Below, piece by piece: positions 9,501 through 17,689 of a DNA stretch of 64,000 bases. The notes under the pieces were generated by a model. The model was not told the DNA's origin. It saw nothing but the letters and a program-made list of their open reading frames with translations, and ran no database searches. The first letter of the stretch is position 1. The number at the start of each line of letters is the position of its first letter. The position numbers and the translations under genes were made by a program. This DNA comes from an uncultured virus (IMG/VR IMGVR_UViG_3300042474_001006) (lineage: Duplodnaviria > Heunggongvirae > Uroviricota > Caudoviricetes): IMG/VR virus record IMGVR_UViG_3300042474_001006; one strand, given 5' to 3'.

Positions 9501-12500
9501 AGAATGCCTGAGCTTTATGCAGCCGTAGATGCAGCAAATAGTGGATATAATTTTGGCGGGCAGATTATGGCTGGTGTTACTGGATATGGAAAGAAAACAT
9601 CTAGTACTCCAGGAAGCAAAATGGATGAAAGGCTGTTTAAAAAACAGTACAAGGAATATTTAAGATTTATTAATAACCCACGATATGAAGATGACATGAG
9701 AGTAAGAATGATCATGTTGGACGCAGCAGAACTATCTTATACAGCAAAGATGCCTATGGATCAAGCTATAAAGACAGCAACATCTAATTTTGATTCTGCT
9801 AAAATGCAATCTGGTGGATCTGATGAGAAATTCGTAAAGATAAGAATTAAACAGGTACAAGATTTAGAAAAAAAGCATAAAGAGCTAAAAGTTAAAAATG
9901 CTAGAACTGCCGAGACAAGCAGTAGCAAGGCTCTTAACTATAATTTAAACAAGGTCAGGGATGCAATGCTAGCTGACAAAAGCTTTGCTGGAGTCCATGA
10001 TTTAATAAGAGATGTTTCTCCAACAACATTTAAAAATCGTAAAGGAATGCCAATCATACAAGGATTGCATGATAGAGCACACTTTAGACGTAGAGGCACA
10101 CTTGGTTATATGACCAGCGGCTACATGGGTCTTGCTGCAGTTATGCCTTCAGGAATAAATAATATCATGAGCAGGCTTGAAGTGCTTGGATTATCAAGAG
10201 ATGTTTTGAATTTAAGTGGAGCAGATGCAAGAGATAATTTTGCATTAGCTTTAAAGAAAACAGGAATGGATAAATTTGCAACAGTAGATGATTTGTATGC
10301 AGCAGTCATGGATGATGGTAAATTTAAGACCAAAGCACAAATAGAATCTGGTAAGGTTATAAGAGCAAATAGAAAACAAAGAGATTCTTGGAGCATGTTC
10401 TTGCAAGCTGCAGCAACAAGACAAAAGTGGATTCCAGGAAGACCACCTAGACTTGTACCAGCTGGCTACAACCTTGGTGGAATGATTCCAGGAGGGGCTA
10501 TATCTAGAAATAGATTAAACTACGGTAACATCGCTCCGCTGCTTAGGTTATTAACACCAAGTCAACAATTAAAGGTTTTAGGCCATGCCCGCTCAATGTC
10601 CTTTACAGGACGCTCTCCATATCCAAATACATCATATAGCCACATACTATCGCCAAGCACAGGTCGTAGTTTCCCTGTACCTGGAGTTGGTGGAGTTTAT
10701 GATGATGATCAAAAGAACAGAGTGTTTTTTAAAGCGGTTCCAAATGAAAAAAGTTTAGTTGCAGAAACTCGTGGAACAGAAATAGGAAGAATACTAGGTC
10801 TTATTACTCCAGTTCAAACTAGAAAAACAATTCCTAATCCCCTCGACCCAACTGGAAAGTCAAAATTCTTTGGTGCAGAATCACCTTATGATGAAGGGTT
10901 CATTAACCCAAATACAGCTGTTGCTGGAAAATTTAGTCAGGATGAAGTTTTAGATCAGCTCATTGCATCTCTTATTTTTGGAAATAAAGATTTATCAAGA
11001 GCAAATGTTCATGGAAGACGACTAGCTGATGTTGGAAATGGAGGAGTATTAGCTAAGGCATCTATGAATGATGACTATGCAAAAACAATGCCTTCTATGG
11101 AAGAGATGGCAATGATCAATTTGCTGCAGGTTCGTGGAGGGGCTAGAAAAGATTTTGCTCATGACACCGCTCCTATTATTGCACAAATGACTCCAAAGCA
11201 GTATGGGGATGCCATAAGAGAAAAAATGAAAGCTGCTTATCCAGAATTAAAGAAATATATCCTTGCTATTCCTAAAAAAGAAAGAAAGCCTTATTTAGCT
11301 ATGCTTGAAAGGTTTGAAGCTGGCATGGATGTTGATTGGGCCAAATATCATTCTATGCATGCTAATCCTAAGTTTAATGCTGGAGGACCAGTTGGTGGAG
11401 GTCCAGTTCAAAGAAACAGATATGCTTATGGACGCAAAAAAGATGGATCAAGAAGACTAGGTAACCCAGCTACAAGAGCAGCGCAAGAAAGAGCAAGAGC
11501 AGAGAGAGCCGCAGCTTATAACCCAAGCAGTGGATCTTCATATACAGCAACTGGAAACCCTCAGATGCAGGTAGCACGTGTTCCGTTTGTTGGAGGAACT
11601 GGAGTCCGTGGTAATGCTTACACTGGAGTTCCTACTGAATCTATGGCCAGAACAGTTGGTGTGATGAGACTTGCACAATTCCCTCATATGAATATGCCAA
11701 CAATGCCAATGAATATTCCAGGAATAGGAAATACATCCGCAATAACCGCAGCATTTGCATCAATGGGAAATGCAATTAAAAGAGACTCAATGCAGCTAGC
11801 AAAAGCTATAAAATTTAATGCACAATATATTTCTATGTCAACTAAAGAAAGTGCAATGTCTATTGTTAATAGAACAAAGTCTGCAGCAAATACAATAATT
11901 ACTTATACAAAAGCTATATCAAGTCAAGTTTTGGCTTCATCAAAAGCACAAGCTTCAAGACTTAAGTCAGCTGGGTCAAGGTTTTACAATTCAATTGTAG
12001 CTGAGCAGAATGCTTATGCAGCAACAAGATATCCAGTTGGACAAGCCCCACCACAAGGATTTTTTGGCCCAGGGTATATTGGTAAATATAAAGATTTAGG
12101 TGATGGAATACAGTCTAGAAAAGTAGGAAGTCTAGGTTTTAGAAGAACAGAGTACCTAGTTAATGGCGTAAGCATGACTGCAAAGCAGGCAAAAGCAGAG
12201 GGAGTTAAAATACCTCAAAGAGCCAATGGAATGAGCGTGGGTGCTCAAATGGGAATTGGTATGGCTGGATCAATGGGTGGCATGGCATTGATGCAAAAAG
12301 AAAAGGTAAAAGTTTTTGGAACAGAAATGTCTGGAATGACTGCTGGAATGGGATTGATGGCCGCTACCTCAATAATTCCAATGCTTCCTTTGGCAAGAAT
12401 GCTTACTGCAGTTAAAGCTGGTGCAACTTCAGCCAAAGCTGCAATACAAGGATTCTCAATGACAATGAAAGGCCTAAAAGCAGGAATTGCTTTACTAGGC

Positions 12501-15500
12501 AGATTTGCAAAAGGCTTTGGTCCAATTGGAATAGCTATAGCAGTTGCAACAGCAGGATTTAAAATTTATAAGGCAGTTCAAGATGACTGGCAGGATGCCA
12601 GAATGGGTCTTTCAATGACTGCAAAAGCTGCAGAACAGGCAGGAGTTAAATACTTTAACTTGCAAGAAACAATGCAGGGCTATCTAGATAAGCAAAAAGC
12701 TGTAGCAGTTGCAGCTAAAGCATCACAATTTAATTCAATAGGAATGCCTGGACTTCCTAAATCTGTAGAAGATGTAAAAAAGGCTAAAGAAGAAGGAAAG
12801 GCCTTAAAAGAAGTTATTGAATCTATTAATAGATCAACTAGTACAGAAGAAACAAAGAGACTTCTATCAACTCAAAAGGCTCAATATATTGCAGGCGGAA
12901 TGAGTGTTGAAGAAGCAAACAGAAAGCTATATGGGGCATTGCTTAATAGTAATAAGGCTATGCAGGCATATGACATTCTAGGAAACAGTGCATTTGGAAA
13001 AATTGTAGACAAAGCAACGGCTGCAGAGTATGCTGTTGGAAACTTGATAAACACATTAAACAAAGGCTCAGGAACAGCCGATTGGTATAAAGAGGTTGCT
13101 GTAGGATTTGAAGGATTGATAAATACTTTCCAGGCAGCAACATCAAGCTTAATTGGAACAAAAGATGCAATGGGAAATGTTATAGATGATTATAAGGCTT
13201 ATGACATGGTCATGTCTAGTTCAGAAAAAATGTATCCAGGGTTTACTGCCCCAATTGGTGAAGAGGCATATGATAACCTTAGCAAGACAAACAAGCTGTT
13301 GGCTGGAATTGTAACTAAATCAGATAGCGTAAAAAGTATATTAGCAAAATGGAGTTTATTTACATCTGGCGTTAGTTATGATTTAAGCAAAATTGGTCCA
13401 GAGTTGGCAATTCAGTTAGCTGGATTTTCTGAAGCAGTTGGCTCAGGAATTACTCAATTAACTAAAGCGGGTGGGGACACTACTACTTTTGGAAACGTTG
13501 GGTCTGCTTTAGAAAAATTAAAGAAGCAGATAAATTCTGTTAGCGCCGCTTCTCAAAGAGCTGCAGCTGCAGCCCAAAGAAGCGCACAAGAAGAATTAAA
13601 GTTAATTTCTAAAAAAATTAAACTTATTGATGATGAAAAGAATAAGAAGTTAGAGTCTTTAAGAGCAACTCAAGATGCATCAAATTATGCACTAGAGCTA
13701 CAAAAACTTCAGATTGAATATGCTGATGCTGTCTCTCGTGGAGATATGGCAACAGCAAATCGTGCTCAATTAGAAATAGATCAGCTTACTTTAAATAGAC
13801 AATCAGAACTTGCTCAAAAGGCAATAGAAGATGCAGCAAATAGAGCAAAGGCTCCTTTAGAAAAGGATGCCGATGCTATACAAAATAAAGCTGACAGAGA
13901 TAATAACGCTAATCAAAATGCTACAGACAATGCAGCACAAGCGGCAGAAGTTTCTGAAAAGCTAGTTGGTTTCCAGCAATCATATAATGAGTTAATTGAG
14001 CGTGGAATAAAGGCAAAGCTTATGCCAGACCCACAAAGAATAAAAGAAGAAAAGAAAGTGCAGGAAGGTCTCCTTGCACTAGCCAAAGAACTTCAGACAG
14101 CTGGAACTGGAAACACAGCACTTGCCAAAGCAGTTCGTGAAGGATTCCAAAAATTAAAACTATTTGATAAAGATGGAAAGCCTGTAAGCCTTACAACAAA
14201 AGCGCCGACAACGACTGGATCTGGAATGCCAACAATTGGTCCAGATGGAAAAGTTGTAACTCCATCTCCAATAATAAACCCAGATCTTCTTAAGCAATTT
14301 AGTAAAGATATGTTGGCAGTATCTGATATTGCAGAAAAAATAACTGGTGGTAAAACTAACTTAGATAGACTTAGAGTAGATTTGCTTCAAGCTTTAGGAG
14401 TTAATCCAAACAAATTATCAAAGACTGGTGTTGCTGGAAAGACTACTGGAACAGGTATGCCAGGAGATCCTAAAAAATATTTTGATTCATCTGGCAGAGA
14501 GATATCAGAAAAAGAATATAAGAGTCTACCAGTAGCACCACCTAAAGGCGCAAATGGTGTATCTGGAGAAACTTTCATAGTACCTATAAAAGGTCTAAAC
14601 AATAGAGAGTTTACAGGATATGCCGATGCTAACTTAAAATTTGCTAAAGCAAATGGTGGCAAACTTACTTACCAGGATACAAACGGATACATTTACTATT
14701 CAAATGGTAAAGTTACGAAGGATGGAAAAACAGTTGGTGCATGGTTTGCTGCTCTACCAGGTGGAAACGGAAGATTAAAGTCTTACCATGAAGGTGGAAA
14801 AGTATTTGGCGAAGGAACTGCAACATCAGATTCTATTCCAGCAATGCTTTCAGATGGAGAATATGTATTTAGTGCAAAAGCTGTAGACGCTGCTGGCGGA
14901 CCAGACGTTGTAGATGCTCTGCATAAAGTGCTTAGATTACATAAAGGAGGTCCAGTTGGGCATAGACATGGAAGAAATTTACCAGGATCTAAATTTAAAT
15001 GGTCTCCATACTCTGAAGATATGCCAAATTATTGGAGTGATGGAACACCATCAGGCAGCCCTTATACTCAAAGATGGGGAGAGTTAAGATACGGTCCTAG
15101 TAAGGGTAAAGACATTTGGGGCGGAACAGAGATACCAGGACTTCCATTTAGTGGAAAGATAGCCAATCGCTCAGATTACTGGCATCAGATGACTGAGCAG
15201 CCAAATAAGCCTAGCGGCCCAGGAATGGGTATTGACAAGGATCCAATGCGTTACGCAGGCTCTGGAGCTTCTATGGGAGGCATTGGAAGCGGTGTCTACG
15301 GACTTGGTCCACTTATGTTTCACGCAGGTGGGGCAGTCGGTCACAAGCATGATGTAAATCCAATTACAAAGGCATTTAGGTTCTTTAAGAATGCAATGAA
15401 TAGTGGAACAAATCCAGCATCATCAATGATTATGGATATTATAAATCAGGCAGGGTACCTAGGGCAAACTGGCCTAAGCAGCCTGACAAAGGGCATAGTA

Positions 15501-17096
15501 CCTAAGCCTACTAAAGTCCAAGATAAGGATTTCCAAGAGTTTACAGGAATACCTTCAGTATATAGATCTGTCACCAATAAAACAGATGAGGGCCCACTTG
15601 GAAAAATTGACCCTACTGCTGGAAAGATTGTGGATTATGCTGGGGCATTAACATTTTTAACTCCATGGCGTTCATCTAGTCGTATGGCTGCAAATGCCGC
15701 AGCTTCTGCAGCACTACCAGCAGCTCCACCATTATCACCAATCGAAATGTTCAGAGGACAGTTTGATGGTTTTGATGTAAGTGGTTTACCAAAAGGCACT
15801 ATGAGTACAGGACCAAGAGTAAAACCTTGGGAATATGAAACATACAAAAAAATACTTGCAAGACATTATTTAGCGAAAAAACCAGACCCAAGAACATTGA
15901 CTCAACACGAAGTCGCAGTTCTTGCACACCAGAAGGTTCCTGGCTTTGAAGGGTTAAGGGTTCATGACGAATACACTGCAGAGTCAATTGCCGACAGCTT
16001 AAAGTTAAGAGCTACATTTAATTACACTTCTCCATTGACGAAATCAGTATCCACAGTAGAAGAGCTTTTAAGTAAATCTTTATTCCATGGTGGAAACCTA
16101 CCAACGGTAGATGGAAAAATTGATTTAAAAAATAGAACTGGATTAGACAGCTGGTACGGCGGTCAGATGTTTGCCGCAGAAGATTACAGGCAGGCCTTAG
16201 CATACCTTATGAGATCTCCAGAGAATACAGTCTATTCTGTTACATCTGCATTAAAGAAAGAAGATGTAATAGACCTTAGACATAATGCAAACACGCTAGC
16301 TTCACAGCAGCCCTATGTGTTTGCAAAATTATTAAGAGACATAGAGTCGGGTAAAATTAAACTTCAAGATCATCAATCTAAGGACTATGTTATAAGCATG
16401 TTGATAGGTCAAGAGGGTGGAAGATATCCACGTGCTACAGCCCCTGGAGCACTTAGGGATAGGATTTTCCAAAGATATTTTGACGACATTTCTCCATGGC
16501 TAGCAGAAAATGGAATAAAGGCAATTATTCATAGAAATGGAACAAGAGTTGCTATTCCAGAAATAGGAAAATCGGTAACAGATAACCCAACTAGAGTAGA
16601 AAATTTTGATCAGCTAGGTACCGATGCAATAGCCTACACCACGGTAGAAAATTCAATTGCACAAATACAAAAGCATACTGTAACTGGCCAAATGGTTAAG
16701 GATCTTATTGAAAGGATGGGTAAGGGACAGCTACCTTCCTCACTTGAGTCACAAATACTTGCAATGCTTAGAAATCCTACATTAGTACCTCATAAAGCAT
16801 TAGGTGGATTAATTGAATCAGCAGGAATGAGACTGCCTAAATTTAAGGCGGGAATCAATATGGTTCCACAAGATATGCTAGCGTTAATTCATAAAAATGA
16901 AGCTGTGATCCCAGCGAATATGAATCCATTCAATCCAAATGCTACATCTTCAGCAGTAGCATCAGGATCAGTATATAATATTAATGTAGAGCTAAATGGA
17001 ACTACAGTAACAGCAAAAGACGTTGCAATGGAAATACATAGAGAAATGAGAATTAAAGAAATGGCATCTGGAGTAAATAGAAAGGTTGGTGGGTGA
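6558..17096 (+). CDS. Tape measure protein, 3512 aa, with inserted enzyme-like cargo domains
   Basis: TP901-type TMP core at about aa 180-520, hydrophobic segments, GTATSDSIPAMLSDGEYV motif, position after the chaperone. Confidence 0.93.
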   Translation: MADEQIVTSIVAKADLSSLVSEVHRASASLQQLQRELLSSNRAIAASTKLANNLFRDTLTGSGQYSSHFVNLNSDVDKFGKNLDAGRLKLKNYFSTFREHATTQKGMIRELAKEQVMLQNAVLQPLGRNAQGLMQYNVMIPRGLDAVRNSAQLARMEMQIMNRALSEGAGSLINWGKNTQWAGRQLTVGLTVPLTMFGAAAGKAFREADAELVRLTKVYGGLASTSAQDLKAIREEVVQTAKSLSQTMGASFKDTIALGADIAATGKMGNDLLESISETTRLSILGEVDRQDAMKATLSIQTAFKQNTEELTESINFLNAVENQTSTTLADLVEAIPKAGPVIQQLGGDVKDLALYLTAMREGGINASEGANALKSGLASLINPTKQTVGMMSDFGIDVMGMVAKNTGDTTGLLTDLQKALDSLDPLSKARAMEQMFGKFQFARMSALLNNLGKEGSQTLQVMELMKASTSDLAGIAERELGMITESASGKYRRAMESLKASLADIGEDFLPVATKLVNAAAKILDFFSNLPSPIKKAVTFLAGFTALVGPLIMLTGVLANFFGYITKGIVQLRAFFMKANGWKMLTPEIIAAQKAAEMVENAFYSDAAAAQVLHNALQKLVLDYQNLQAASMKNAVPVNPGVSTVGGAPVMVAGRRVVDPDDPYVGDVNTRAMSHINPRDPNNPATIFGGVPGAVPVNRGISRTPQIYMHDRLPNIEGLTSIKGISTGIVPGEAAKFHALMATLGMQTKQEVAELKKTIAMGGTVSRELLDTFDDILPITQRFADSAATQAAVIVQQMRSAEITVEQAKARILALNAQIEADMGAAVSMYAAGRGRTLDLTRAPMMDQPVVDANGQFTLRDLYKKKANASVMEEFGRLRGVRTFGAPYSIQTTRMPRFNTGGDVESFGPNKTMVSGPSSVNYDDRLGEVPLGGYVLNQQASMDPANAALVAMAPSTYLNNGGSITAALTPREVVFGPQIQRMPELYAAVDAANSGYNFGGQIMAGVTGYGKKTSSTPGSKMDERLFKKQYKEYLRFINNPRYEDDMRVRMIMLDAAELSYTAKMPMDQAIKTATSNFDSAKMQSGGSDEKFVKIRIKQVQDLEKKHKELKVKNARTAETSSSKALNYNLNKVRDAMLADKSFAGVHDLIRDVSPTTFKNRKGMPIIQGLHDRAHFRRRGTLGYMTSGYMGLAAVMPSGINNIMSRLEVLGLSRDVLNLSGADARDNFALALKKTGMDKFATVDDLYAAVMDDGKFKTKAQIESGKVIRANRKQRDSWSMFLQAAATRQKWIPGRPPRLVPAGYNLGGMIPGGAISRNRLNYGNIAPLLRLLTPSQQLKVLGHARSMSFTGRSPYPNTSYSHILSPSTGRSFPVPGVGGVYDDDQKNRVFFKAVPNEKSLVAETRGTEIGRILGLITPVQTRKTIPNPLDPTGKSKFFGAESPYDEGFINPNTAVAGKFSQDEVLDQLIASLIFGNKDLSRANVHGRRLADVGNGGVLAKASMNDDYAKTMPSMEEMAMINLLQVRGGARKDFAHDTAPIIAQMTPKQYGDAIREKMKAAYPELKKYILAIPKKERKPYLAMLERFEAGMDVDWAKYHSMHANPKFNAGGPVGGGPVQRNRYAYGRKKDGSRRLGNPATRAAQERARAERAAAYNPSSGSSYTATGNPQMQVARVPFVGGTGVRGNAYTGVPTESMARTVGVMRLAQFPHMNMPTMPMNIPGIGNTSAITAAFASMGNAIKRDSMQLAKAIKFNAQYISMSTKESAMSIVNRTKSAANTIITYTKAISSQVLASSKAQASRLKSAGSRFYNSIVAEQNAYAATRYPVGQAPPQGFFGPGYIGKYKDLGDGIQSRKVGSLGFRRTEYLVNGVSMTAKQAKAEGVKIPQRANGMSVGAQMGIGMAGSMGGMALMQKEKVKVFGTEMSGMTAGMGLMAATSIIPMLPLARMLTAVKAGATSAKAAIQGFSMTMKGLKAGIALLGRFAKGFGPIGIAIAVATAGFKIYKAVQDDWQDARMGLSMTAKAAEQAGVKYFNLQETMQGYLDKQKAVAVAAKASQFNSIGMPGLPKSVEDVKKAKEEGKALKEVIESINRSTSTEETKRLLSTQKAQYIAGGMSVEEANRKLYGALLNSNKAMQAYDILGNSAFGKIVDKATAAEYAVGNLINTLNKGSGTADWYKEVAVGFEGLINTFQAATSSLIGTKDAMGNVIDDYKAYDMVMSSSEKMYPGFTAPIGEEAYDNLSKTNKLLAGIVTKSDSVKSILAKWSLFTSGVSYDLSKIGPELAIQLAGFSEAVGSGITQLTKAGGDTTTFGNVGSALEKLKKQINSVSAASQRAAAAAQRSAQEELKLISKKIKLIDDEKNKKLESLRATQDASNYALELQKLQIEYADAVSRGDMATANRAQLEIDQLTLNRQSELAQKAIEDAANRAKAPLEKDADAIQNKADRDNNANQNATDNAAQAAEVSEKLVGFQQSYNELIERGIKAKLMPDPQRIKEEKKVQEGLLALAKELQTAGTGNTALAKAVREGFQKLKLFDKDGKPVSLTTKAPTTTGSGMPTIGPDGKVVTPSPIINPDLLKQFSKDMLAVSDIAEKITGGKTNLDRLRVDLLQALGVNPNKLSKTGVAGKTTGTGMPGDPKKYFDSSGREISEKEYKSLPVAPPKGANGVSGETFIVPIKGLNNREFTGYADANLKFAKANGGKLTYQDTNGYIYYSNGKVTKDGKTVGAWFAALPGGNGRLKSYHEGGKVFGEGTATSDSIPAMLSDGEYVFSAKAVDAAGGPDVVDALHKVLRLHKGGPVGHRHGRNLPGSKFKWSPYSEDMPNYWSDGTPSGSPYTQRWGELRYGPSKGKDIWGGTEIPGLPFSGKIANRSDYWHQMTEQPNKPSGPGMGIDKDPMRYAGSGASMGGIGSGVYGLGPLMFHAGGAVGHKHDVNPITKAFRFFKNAMNSGTNPASSMIMDIINQAGYLGQTGLSSLTKGIVPKPTKVQDKDFQEFTGIPSVYRSVTNKTDEGPLGKIDPTAGKIVDYAGALTFLTPWRSSSRMAANAAASAALPAAPPLSPIEMFRGQFDGFDVSGLPKGTMSTGPRVKPWEYETYKKILARHYLAKKPDPRTLTQHEVAVLAHQKVPGFEGLRVHDEYTAESIADSLKLRATFNYTSPLTKSVSTVEELLSKSLFHGGNLPTVDGKIDLKNRTGLDSWYGGQMFAAEDYRQALAYLMRSPENTVYSVTSALKKEDVIDLRHNANTLASQQPYVFAKLLRDIESGKIKLQDHQSKDYVISMLIGQEGGRYPRATAPGALRDRIFQRYFDDISPWLAENGIKAIIHRNGTRVAIPEIGKSVTDNPTRVENFDQLGTDAIAYTTVENSIAQIQKHTVTGQMVKDLIERMGKGQLPSSLESQILAMLRNPTLVPHKALGGLIESAGMRLPKFKAGINMVPQDMLALIHKNEAVIPANMNPFNPNATSSAVASGSVYNINVELNGTTVTAKDVAMEIHREMRIKEMASGVNRKVGG

Positions 17097-17689
17097 TGAG
17101 TTTTCAAAATCTATCTAAAGGGTCAATATTATACATAGAAGCACCAGACCCATTTGCAATTGATCCAGCTACTAACACATTTGACTACAAAGGAGCAACA
17201 GTAACTGCTCCAGGAAATAAATATGATGCTACAACTGCAACTAGAAACGGCCTTGCGTATGCTAATAAAACAACTACGACAAAATTTAGGAGAGTTACTG
17301 AGCACAATAGAGGCCCACTGACATTAGATAACACTAGAATTGAGCAGTCAGCCAGAATGTCAAATGGAACTATGAGAAAGTATTTTATTGCAGACAAGAT
17401 AAGTGTTAGCGCTTCTTGGGACATGCTTCCTTCTTTTAGAAACGAAACAGTTGATGGTGGCTGGGGAGCAGAAGATATAAAGAATTTTTATGAAAGCGTA
17501 GCTGGTAGAGGAGCATTTAAAATAAAGCTTAACCCAACAGTTTTTTCAACAGATCTTATAGAGCAATCAGACGGAGCTCTTGTAGATGACTACACCTATA
17601 CTGTAATGTTTACATCTGCTGATTTTACAGTTGTAAAAAGAGGACTTCAGACTTATTGGGATGTAAGTATAACTTTGGAGCAGGTATGA
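17096..17689 (+). CDS. Distal tail (Dit-like) minor tail protein
   Basis: First gene after TMP; RMSNGTMRKY...SWDMLP and WDVSITLEQV. Confidence 0.65.
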   Translation: MSFQNLSKGSILYIEAPDPFAIDPATNTFDYKGATVTAPGNKYDATTATRNGLAYANKTTTTKFRRVTEHNRGPLTLDNTRIEQSARMSNGTMRKYFIADKISVSASWDMLPSFRNETVDGGWGAEDIKNFYESVAGRGAFKIKLNPTVFSTDLIEQSDGALVDDYTYTVMFTSADFTVVKRGLQTYWDVSITLEQV

